From positions 1-34,184 of IMG/VR virus record IMGVR_UViG_3300037963_000465: 34,184 bases of DNA, one strand, 5' to 3'. Below the pieces are notes generated by a model. That model searched no databases, was not told where the DNA came from, and was given only the letters and a program-made list of their open reading frames with translations. Origin of the DNA: a virus. Its lineage: Duplodnaviria; Caudoviricetes. Positions 1 through 6,718 of this stretch are shown piece by piece (position 1 is the stretch's first letter; each line of letters begins with the position of its first letter). The position numbers and the translations under genes are program-made.

Positions 1-689
1 CCTTGGTAACGGTATACGTCTGCATCACGTTCCAAGAATCCAAATTCTACTTTAGCTCCCGATGGAAAGTTCCAAAGTTTTTCTACTTCTTTGTATTTAC
101 AACCGGGAAAGGCTTTCGGGTAGAGTTCTCGTGATTTATCAATAAGCTCACGTAGCTCTGGCATAGACCGTCGCAGGATTAAGGCTCTATGCGCTGCCCG
201 ATGTGCGAAACGTAGTGGATCTACTAACATCGCATAGGACTTGCCTCCTCCAGCCGCACCACCATAAAGAACATCTGTTTCGGAAGCAGCTAGAAAGTCT
301 GTTTGTGGCCCATCGTTAGGACTAAATATGACATTCTCTTTTGCTACTGTCTTTAGAGATTTGGGTAGATCATCAAGATTATCAACAATCTTACCTGCTG
401 TTTTAGTTTCAGTCCCTTCTATCTTCTGTAAAGATATTTTAGACTTTTCTAAAGACTCTTCTCTTTTCTTTAGTTGTGTGCGAACCTGCGCTAACTTTTT
501 TTCTTTGTTCTTAACTGTACGTCTTGCTGTAAGTTTTGCTTTTGTTTCTGAGTGGTAGTTGTAACCTCTGCCTTTTGAACCTTTTGGACGACCCGGTTTT
601 TTCTTCGGAGTTCCGTCAGTCTTGAGTAATAATTCGCCCGACTCAGAATCCCGAAGATAAGCATCTGGGTTAACCTCCCAATCATTCAT
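1..689 (-). CDS. terL: Terminase large subunit, 5' part (runs off left edge; absent from ORF track)
   Basis: Hand translation from ATG at 689 is open to base 1: MNDWEVNPDAY...IFSPNDGPQTDFLAASETDVLYGGAAGGGKSYAML...ILRRSMPEL...WNFPSGAKVEFGFLERDADVYRYQG. Walker A GGAAGGGKS in a terminase ATPase context; lies downstream of terS. Confidence 0.93.
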   Translation of the reverse strand, partial: MNDWEVNPDAYLRDSESGELLLKTDGTPKKKPGRPKGSKGRGYNYHSETKAKLTARRTVKNKEKKLAQVRTQLKKREESLEKSKISLQKIEGTETKTAGKIVDNLDDLPKSLKTVAKENVIFSPNDGPQTDFLAASETDVLYGGAAGGGKSYAMLVDPLRFAHRAAHRALILRRSMPELRELIDKSRELYPKAFPGCKYKEVEKLWNFPSGAKVEFGFLERDADVYRYQ

Positions 690-909
690 ATTTTGCTGCA
701 ATCTGTTTTAAACCCATGTGTGAAAGATAACGCCCTGTTTCGTATTCTAACCATGTTGCTCCTTCACGCAAAGAAATAGAATTAGTTTTAATTAAAGGTA
801 TTATTTTATTTAATGCCTTTTGTTCTTCTGGTATTTCTTCTAAAAAATTATCTTCAGTAAGCCTATACCCAAAAGGAATAGTGCTACTGGTACGCCTCTT
901 CATACTCAC
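682..909 (-). CDS. Small DNA-binding protein resembling the serine-recombinase DNA-binding domain (start may be 903)
   Basis: IPFGYRL...EEQKAL...SLREGATWLE...SHMGLKQI resembles the pyGY...HTH pattern; no catalytic domain. Confidence 0.6.
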   Translation of the reverse strand: MSMKRRTSSTIPFGYRLTEDNFLEEIPEEQKALNKIIPLIKTNSISLREGATWLEYETGRYLSHMGLKQIAAKYE

Positions 910-1282
910 CTTCTATTATTGTTTCAGATTTAGCTGGTAAAATAAATATACCATTACTACCTTCAACATTTAAATTGAGTTTATCGGTCTTTGATATTCC
1001 AACACGGTCTAGGAGCGTCTGTGCAGCTTGTAGACGAATATTAGCCTGTGGTATAGGCTGATCACTATCCATAATGTTAACAAGCTTTAAAGCTGCTTTG
1101 GGAGCGTTCTGTGCCAGTATCCCTTCTGATATATCTAGTATCTCTTTTTTAAGGCTTTTGACTACAGATGTGTACGATCCCTCCGCATAACCCGCAAGTT
1201 CTGCTGCTTGTTTAGCATTTCCTCCACAATCTACAAGATTGTCAAGAAAAGTTTTCTGTTTTAATGTCAATTCTTTTTTCAT
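884..1282 (-). CDS. terS: Terminase small subunit
   Basis: LTLKQKTFLDNL...GNAKQAAELAGY HTH, AAQTLLDRVG; first gene upstream of terL. Confidence 0.8.
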   Translation of the reverse strand: MKKELTLKQKTFLDNLVDCGGNAKQAAELAGYAEGSYTSVVKSLKKEILDISEGILAQNAPKAALKLVNIMDSDQPIPQANIRLQAAQTLLDRVGISKTDKLNLNVEGSNGIFILPAKSETIIEGEYEEAYQ

Positions 1283-1289
1283 ATTCTAT

Positions 1290-1318
1290 AGTATACACCT
1301 GATTTACAATTTTGTCAA
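1290..1318 (-). promoter_or_regulatory. Sigma70 promoter for the packaging/late arm; predicted +1 at the terS ATG
   Basis: Minus strand TTGACA (1318-1313), 17 nt, TATACT (1295-1290), then 7 nt to ATG at 1282. Confidence 0.8.
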
Positions 1319-1326
1319 CAATTATC

Positions 1327-1355
1327 TTGACAAAATGCAAATAAAAGTGTATAAT
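1327..1355 (+). promoter_or_regulatory. Perfect consensus sigma70 promoter, rightward
   Basis: TTGACA (1327-1332), 17 nt, TATAAT (1350-1355). Confidence 0.88.
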
Positions 1356-1496
1356 AGACTATGTAGCCCACCGGGTACATACCTATTTCCCCCTTTGAAG
1401 ACCTTTAAAGCTGCGCCCCAATCTACTTTACGTTTATTTTCTGTAAAAATGTATACATATTAGTATATATAGGGGTAGTAGGGGGTGGCAACCTGC

Positions 1497-1887
1497 CCTA
1501 CCCTTCAAAGGTCTTTAACAATTCGAAGAATTGTTATAGACCTAAGAAGGGTAGGAACTTCCAAATCTTTAAAATCCTATGGGATTTTAAAGATCTTCGA
1601 AATTTCACAAGATTTAAAATATATTTTAAATCTTGTGCCCCGATAAAAATCTTCAAAGTGCTTTACACTTTGAAGATTTTAAAGAATATCTAGTAATTAC
1701 TACCTAATTCTTTAAAATCTCCAACAATCTCAGTAACTTCCAACATTGTTAAAAGCTTGCAATTTCCGCTGGGTCAGATCCCCCTAAACCTTTTAGGTTT
1801 AGGGGGATCTGGGGGTGTTGAGGATTTTTAAGTTTTCCCAAACCCCTCATTTATGAGGGTTTGGAAAAACGTAAAAAATCCTCAACA
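1497..1887. repeat. Array of about seven inverted repeats in non-coding DNA (probable terminus/origin region)
   Basis: 1497-1555 (25/28 bp, GAA loop); 1565-1594 (13 bp); 1606-1637 (perfect 32-bp palindrome); 1646-1680 (15 bp); 1674-1720 (14 bp around TAGTAATTACTA); 1775-1811 (17 bp); 1816-1887 (long imperfect). Confidence 0.92.
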
Positions 1888-1913
1888 ACCTTGGAAACTT
1901 TTGGAGAATGATT

Positions 1914-2291
1914 ATGGCGACACAAAATAATGCTTTTGACTACAGCACTCTTCCAACTGATAAGACTGCATCTTATAACCAGATTAAAGGTGTTGGTAGG
2001 TATTTCTCAGAACTGAAGGGTAATACTAACGGTTCTAATTCTTTCTGGAAAGATGCTAGAACCTTTACTGCAATAATCTACAAGCAACACAAGGCCAAAG
2101 CAGTTACTAACGGCCAAATTCAAGCTTGGAGAGCTGCTAAGAAAGTTCCTTCGGAAATTTCCAAGCAAGTTCAAACTAAGCCAAAGCAGTTAACTGCCAA
2201 AGCTAAACCTACCAAGAACTTGAATAATATTACCAAAGATCAACTAATTCAAATGGTAATTGCACTTCAAGAACAACAATCCAAGAAGTAA
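1914..2291 (+). CDS. First early gene, Lys-rich hypothetical protein
   Basis: GGAG at 1903-1906 fits ATG 1914; basic protein followed by its own terminator. Confidence 0.85.
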   Translation: MATQNNAFDYSTLPTDKTASYNQIKGVGRYFSELKGNTNGSNSFWKDARTFTAIIYKQHKAKAVTNGQIQAWRAAKKVPSEISKQVQTKPKQLTAKAKPTKNLNNITKDQLIQMVIALQEQQSKK

Positions 2292-2296
2292 ATACT

Positions 2297-2320
2297 AGGG
2301 GCGAAAGCCCCTTTTTTTTT
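2297..2320 (+). terminator. Rho-independent terminator
   Basis: AGGGGC-GAAA-GCCCCT followed by a T run. Confidence 0.92.
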
Positions 2321-2331
2321 ATTTTAAATTA

Positions 2332-2340
2332 TGTTATGAT
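2332..2340 (+). promoter_or_regulatory. Possible extended -10 promoter
   Basis: TGtTATGAT just after the terminator and upstream of ORF 2408. Confidence 0.4.
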
Positions 2341-2407
2341 CCTAAATGGAGAGCATTTATGGGCGGTGTGACCGCTTTACTTTTATTTTTTAAAATGGAG
2401 AAATAAC

Positions 2408-2842
2408 ATGGAAGCAACAAAAAAGTTTACAAAAAGAGGCATTAGCACCATCCAAGAATTTAGAGGATTGTTAGACACTAAGTATAAAAGTGAATGGGAG
2501 TATCATAATTTAAGGCTAGTTAATATTGATGAGGAAATAACTAGCCGTTATGGTTTAAATCCATCAACCGGAGACATATATGATATTGAATTCGTTGCTG
2601 GAGGCATTACTGTTTTTAGTTGTAGGAGTGTAGGTTTTTTCAGCGATGAGAACTGGAAGCTTACATCAGACGAAGACAAATATAATTTGTTTAATTTTGA
2701 TAACATAGATGTGGTATGTGGTCTTTTTAATGAACTACATCACGTTAGTTTCAGAGTTGATGCAGAGTGTATTTCTGAAGATGAGCAATTAGATGGTGAG
2801 GTATACCGAACCTATTCAGTAACATTTACTTACGAAAACTGA
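2408..2842 (+). CDS. Acidic hypothetical early protein
   Basis: GGAG SD, 144 aa, D/E rich. Confidence 0.8.
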   Translation: MEATKKFTKRGISTIQEFRGLLDTKYKSEWEYHNLRLVNIDEEITSRYGLNPSTGDIYDIEFVAGGITVFSCRSVGFFSDENWKLTSDEDKYNLFNFDNIDVVCGLFNELHHVSFRVDAECISEDEQLDGEVYRTYSVTFTYEN

Positions 2843-2850
2843 GGTGCATA

Positions 2851-2946
2851 ATGAAGTATATTTTAAAAGATGAATTTGCTTTATTTTTATTTATCATGTG
2901 TGTGTTAACTTTTATTAACTTTGCATTAGATAAAGGAGTGATTTAA
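2851..2946 (+). CDS. 31-aa single-TM peptide (not in track)
   Basis: GAGGTG SD at 2841; MKYILKDEFALFLFIMCVLTFINFALDKGVI. Confidence 0.65.
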   Translation: MKYILKDEFALFLFIMCVLTFINFALDKGVI

Positions 2947-3074
2947 TGAAGTATGAAGATGATTTCACAATGAATTTAATTGTAGTGTTAACAGGTTTAA
3001 ATGTAACTTTAGCAATCCTTGGTTTCTTTACTGTTAGAATTATGGATTTGTATTTGGGTTATCAGTTATTATAA
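2946..3074 (+). CDS. 42-aa single-TM peptide (not in track)
   Basis: AAGGAG SD, TAATG overlap; MKYEDDFTMNLIVVLTGLNVTLAILGFFTVRIMDLYLGYQLL. Confidence 0.7.
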   Translation: MKYEDDFTMNLIVVLTGLNVTLAILGFFTVRIMDLYLGYQLL

Positions 3075-3075
3075 T
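3048..3075 (+). promoter_or_regulatory. Probable sigma70 promoter
   Basis: TTGTAT, 16 nt, TATAAT; predicted +1 near 3081-3082, the start of the repeated hairpin. Confidence 0.5.
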
Positions 3076-3080
3076 GTTTA

Positions 3081-3132
3081 AAAGATTTTTAAAACCCTTC
3101 TTCTTTATGAAGGGTTTTATAAAATCTTTTAA
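3081..3132. repeat. 52-bp hairpin element, copy 1
   Basis: AAAGATTTTTAAAACCCTTCTTCTTTATGAAGGGTTTTATAAAATCTTTTAA, identical to 4091-4142. Confidence 0.95.
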
Positions 3133-3149
3133 TCTCAGGAGGCGATGCC

Positions 3150-3374
3150 ATGTCAGACAATGTATATGTGAAAGCAGAGTGCAACAATTGTAAGCAGGTT
3201 CACGGTCTTGAAGTTAATTTAGATAAGTTGAATTCATATATTTATGATCGCAAATTAATTCAGGATGTGTTCCCAAATTTAACTCCATCCCAAAGAGAAC
3301 TTATAATGGGCAACGTCAACGGCATGTATCTTTGCGATACTTGCTGGGACTTTAACTTTGATGATGAGGATTAA
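3150..3374 (+). CDS. Small zinc-ribbon protein
   Basis: AGGAGG SD; CNNC...CDTC. Confidence 0.8.
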   Translation: MSDNVYVKAECNNCKQVHGLEVNLDKLNSYIYDRKLIQDVFPNLTPSQRELIMGNVNGMYLCDTCWDFNFDDED

Positions 3375-3378
3375 TTGT

Positions 3379-4017
3379 ATGGAATATCAAACACACTCAG
3401 TTAATGGTACTCAAAAATTTGCAAAGGAATCTGCAATACATTTAGTTTTAGTTTTATTAATGGTGTTGTTATCTATTCGTCAAAAGTGGAGTTTAGTTGG
3501 TGAACAATTAAAAGATGTGGTTAGCAATAAAAATAAATCTAAATATTTATTTGGTTGGAAGTTGGATGCCTATAAATATATTATGAAGAATAAAGATTTG
3601 TTGTACGATTCGTACATATCTATAGTAGAATCTGATTTAAGTGATGACTTTAAATCTATGAAACTTATGCAGTTATTCATGCAGATTAAAGGTTTTAATA
3701 CTGTAAAGGCAGGGTTTGTTTGTCAACTTACAGCGGGTTTAGTAGGTTGCATTGACGTACATAATGAAAGATTATATGGTATTAATACCAAAGATTTTAC
3801 TATAAAGAAGGGAATAAAATCTGATGTGTTAAAGACATCAACATTAATTAAATATATTTCTTTCTGTAAAACTACAGGTACAGAAACATTATGGGATAAC
3901 TGGTGTAATTTATTAACCACTAAAGATTCTAAATGGTTAAATAGTTTTCAAGTTTCAAAAGCACATTATGATTATTTACGTTATTCTTTGGTATTATTTC
4001 ATAGAAATATTGCTTAA
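3379..4017 (+). CDS. HhH-GPD DNA glycosylase-like protein
   Basis: GAGGA SD favours ATG 3379; FMQIKGFNTVKAGFVCQL (HhH-like) followed by GCIDVHN (like the EndoIII/OGG VDTH Asp motif). Confidence 0.6.
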   Translation: MEYQTHSVNGTQKFAKESAIHLVLVLLMVLLSIRQKWSLVGEQLKDVVSNKNKSKYLFGWKLDAYKYIMKNKDLLYDSYISIVESDLSDDFKSMKLMQLFMQIKGFNTVKAGFVCQLTAGLVGCIDVHNERLYGINTKDFTIKKGIKSDVLKTSTLIKYISFCKTTGTETLWDNWCNLLTTKDSKWLNSFQVSKAHYDYLRYSLVLFHRNIA

Positions 4018-4090
4018 CTATGTGTATAATACTTTTAAAGTTTTTTAAAAGGTATATAAATAAATATAATATATTCTTTTATATATCTTT

Positions 4091-4142
4091 AAAGATTTTT
4101 AAAACCCTTCTTCTTTATGAAGGGTTTTATAAAATCTTTTAA
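4091..4142. repeat. 52-bp hairpin element, copy 2, preceded by another AT-rich hairpin (~4044-4094)
   Basis: Exact direct repeat of 3081-3132, offset 1010 bp. Confidence 0.95.
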
Positions 4143-4189
4143 ATTGTAGGACGGAAGTACCCATTAAATAAAACTAAAGGAGATGTATT

Positions 4190-4432
4190 ATGGATTATGT
4201 TATTTCAACCCCTGATCGTGATTACGGTAGAAACGGTGGTGTTTATTCTAAAGATGATCCTGTTGCAGTTAAAAAGAGAGATGATGCTAGGGTTTATTAC
4301 AATGGTGTTGAAGTTTCAAAAAGGAACCCATGTTTTAAATTCTTAAAAGCTGGCAGATACAAAGGTCGTTTTGCTGGATTTATGAGCATGGCAGTTAATA
4401 CTATTGGTTCTTTCACTAAAGGTAGAGGATAA
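4190..4432 (+). CDS. Hypothetical early protein
   Basis: AAGGAG SD, 80 aa. Confidence 0.8.
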   Translation: MDYVISTPDRDYGRNGGVYSKDDPVAVKKRDDARVYYNGVEVSKRNPCFKFLKAGRYKGRFAGFMSMAVNTIGSFTKGRG

Positions 4433-4437
4433 TCAAT

Positions 4438-5367
4438 ATGAATAGTATTGTAAACTTTAACGATGCCCCCAATGGTTTTGGGGGCTTTGGCGAGGCAGAT
4501 TTTGATACAGTTTCCATACCTACCATGATAAATTTTAATGGTAGATCTATAGCAACTGGAAAACATGCCATTGTTAGAACTGATACTGGTGAAATACTTG
4601 GTCATCATGGATCTCGTTATGGTAAAGTCTGTCAGAAACAAGCATTAATATCTGCTGAAGATATGTTTGATGAAAGTGATATTGAAAGCCGTGATATGAC
4701 TAGAACCATTAGTTGCTCCCATAATGGTTCTAATACCTTTGCTAAGTATACATTTCCTTCCCATACTTTTGTATCTCCTGATGGTGATCGTAGTGTATTA
4801 GAAGCTTTAGTAACTACTAGTTTTAATTCTACATTTCCTTTTATAATAGCGTTTGGTGAGAATCTTAATGCTTGTAATAATAGCAACATATATCTTACTG
4901 GTGCTGTGGCAATGTTCAAAGGTAGGCATACTAAAGGTCTTGATATTAGGAAAGGTGCTGAAGCCGTTGGCAATGCTCTGCAACAGGCTCAAGATAATCA
5001 TGCTCTATTTCAAAAGATGTACAATACTCCTGTTACTGAAGATATAGTCTTTAAGACTTTTGTTGAAGCAGCAGGTGTTACCAATCAAGTTAATGAAGTA
5101 AAGAAAGATATGGGTAATGTTCACTGGAGTAGAATAGTAAGTAATCTTCCCCGACAAAACTCTAATCTAATCTACATGTTACGTAAGTCTAAAGATTACG
5201 GTGATAGAATGGGCAAGAATCAATGGGCTGTATATAATACTTTGACTGATTGGAGTAGCCATGCTAATGCAACAACTACTAAATCTGAAAAGAATATAGC
5301 AGCAATTCGTGTTAAGCGTGGTCAAATTGTTAGAAGGGTAGTAAATGAAGTTCTTCTAGCCGCATGA
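4438..5367 (+). CDS. DUF932/DUF945-family phage/plasmid protein
   Basis: AIVRTDTGEILGHHGSRY, TSFNST, ACNN, RHT, NQWAVYNTLTDWSSH. Confidence 0.8.
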   Translation: MNSIVNFNDAPNGFGGFGEADFDTVSIPTMINFNGRSIATGKHAIVRTDTGEILGHHGSRYGKVCQKQALISAEDMFDESDIESRDMTRTISCSHNGSNTFAKYTFPSHTFVSPDGDRSVLEALVTTSFNSTFPFIIAFGENLNACNNSNIYLTGAVAMFKGRHTKGLDIRKGAEAVGNALQQAQDNHALFQKMYNTPVTEDIVFKTFVEAAGVTNQVNEVKKDMGNVHWSRIVSNLPRQNSNLIYMLRKSKDYGDRMGKNQWAVYNTLTDWSSHANATTTKSEKNIAAIRVKRGQIVRRVVNEVLLAA

Positions 5368-5466
5368 TTAATCTTAAAACTATAATAGCCCTGCTTGTTA
5401 TTGAGGTGGGGCTACACATTCTTGAAATTATTATTGATGTTCATCAAATACTTTAGGAGATAAGTA

Positions 5467-5754
5467 ATGGATAGAAAAAAAGTGACAGAAACCGATAGCT
5501 TTAAATACAGAGTTAACTTAGGTCACGAAGGTATTACTCTTTTAAAGAAAGAATACCAACTTTTAGAGTGGTTCAATACACTTAATCATGTTGAACGTGG
5601 TTGTTGGTGGGACGCAGATTATGATGCACTAAATTCTCTACTTAATTTTATACGAGAAGAATATAATATGGTTCCATCGAAATGTCCTGATGGTAGCATC
5701 AACCGTTATACTTTAACTTATGCAGGAGATCCTGATGAATATTGCGATGAATAA
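5467..5754 (+). CDS. Hypothetical protein
   Basis: AGGAG SD, 95 aa. Confidence 0.8.
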   Translation: MDRKKVTETDSFKYRVNLGHEGITLLKKEYQLLEWFNTLNHVERGCWWDADYDALNSLLNFIREEYNMVPSKCPDGSINRYTLTYAGDPDEYCDE

Positions 5755-5899
5755 AGTTATTGAAGATATGGTAGCTTATAACATTGACTATCAACCTGAT
5801 CCAGATTATACTGGACTACATGACGATTTAATTCGATTAGGTTTAGATTCTTCTGAAGTTGAATGTGTTATGCGGAGAGTTGCTGAAGGAGAGTTGTAG
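5747..5899 (+). CDS. 50-aa acidic protein (not in track)
   Basis: MNKVIEDMVAYNIDYQPDPDYTGLHDDLIRLGLDSSEVECVMRRVAEGEL; overlaps the previous stop. Confidence 0.7.
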   Translation: MNKVIEDMVAYNIDYQPDPDYTGLHDDLIRLGLDSSEVECVMRRVAEGEL

Positions 5900-5902
5900 T
5901 TT

Positions 5903-5981
5903 TTAAGGTAGCTTGCAGATGTTAATAGGTAATATGGAAACCTATACACAGCTAACACAGACCATTTGTAAGCTACCTTAA
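5903..5981 (+). ncRNA. Candidate structured RNA or processing site
   Basis: TTAAGGTAGCTTGCAGATG pairs with CATTTGTAAGCTACCTTAA (19 bp, two G-U), enclosing an ATAGGT/ACCTAT hairpin. Confidence 0.45.
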
Positions 5982-6008
5982 TTTTATTTTAAATAAGAGG
6001 ATATTAGT

Positions 6009-6212
6009 ATGAAACATACAGCTAAAAGCATGGTTATGAAACCAGAGTTTCGATCAAGAGTTGTTAAAGATAAAACTAAATATGATAGGAATAAATCTTA
6101 TTTGGATGATGATATTTCATACTCTGATATAGATGTAAAGCTAACTGGTGATGATGAGCCAGTTGATCGTGACCTTATACCAGATAAATATCAAAACGGA
6201 TATTGGGAGTAG
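6009..6212 (+). CDS. Small protein with ArfA-like basic N-terminus and acidic tail
   Basis: KPEFRSRVVKDKTKYDR resembles ArfA [25 protein letters not shown] SD. Confidence 0.5.
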   Translation: MKHTAKSMVMKPEFRSRVVKDKTKYDRNKSYLDDDISYSDIDVKLTGDDEPVDRDLIPDKYQNGYWE

Positions 6213-6215
6213 CCT

Positions 6216-6311
6216 ATGAAGTTCCATAATAAACTTGCATTAGGAATTATAATTGTAGCGGGGTGCGTATGGTATATTTCTTTACTAGATTATAGTAGTA
6301 AAGTTTTATGA
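6216..6311 (+). CDS. 31-aa single-TM peptide (not in track)
   Basis: GGGAG SD; MKFHNKLALGIIIVAGCVWYISLLDYSSKVL; ATGA overlap with the next gene. Confidence 0.65.
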   Translation: MKFHNKLALGIIIVAGCVWYISLLDYSSKVL

Positions 6312-6718
6312 GTATTGATAATGCGACACCAAAAGAATGGGATAGTTTAAAAGCTAAAGGGCCAGATAAACCAGAGGAATGCTTAATGAATAAACCAGTT
6401 ACGAAAGCAGAAGATATAACAAACAGTACATTTAAAACTATAACAGGTAGTTTATATCATCCGGGTGATGGTCTGCTAGATAAACAAATGTTTCCTGAAG
6501 AAGATCCTGTTAATCATCCCCCGCATTACAATAAAGGTGGATTGGAAGCTATTGATTACATTGAACAACAACTTGAGGATGGCTTTGCCGATTACCTTGA
6601 GGGAAACGTACTAAAGTATATGCATCGTTGGAGGTATAAAAATGGTATTGAAGATCTTAAAAAAGCTAAATGGTATTTGGATAAACTTGTGGAAACAAAC
6701 TCATTTAATTACGGTTAG
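6308..6718 (+). CDS. DUF3310 protein (T7 gp1.7-like nucleotide kinase family)
   Basis: DPVNHPPHY...EAIDYI...GNVLKYMHRWRYKNGIEDLKKAKWYL. Confidence 0.88.
   Translation: MSIDNATPKEWDSLKAKGPDKPEECLMNKPVTKAEDITNSTFKTITGSLYHPGDGLLDKQMFPEEDPVNHPPHYNKGGLEAIDYIEQQLEDGFADYLEGNVLKYMHRWRYKNGIEDLKKAKWYLDKLVETNSFNYG

Noticed and set aside
328-558. + strand 76-aa ORF
   Set aside because: Antisense shadow of terL.
491-685. 64-aa minus ORF with ATGA overlap
   Set aside because: It is the +1 frame of terL, which is open from 689 and carries the real motifs. No independent support, though not strictly excluded.
1239-1463. 74-aa + ORF
   Set aside because: Spans both promoters, has no SD and overlaps terS antisense.
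1497-1887. CRISPR array or tRNA
   Set aside because: Hairpins differ in sequence, with no repeat-spacer periodicity and no cloverleaf. The Cas4-like gene has no cas neighbours.
4853-5047. +1-frame ORF in the DUF932 gene
   Set aside because: TTG start with no SD; hydrophobicity is explained by T-ending codons.
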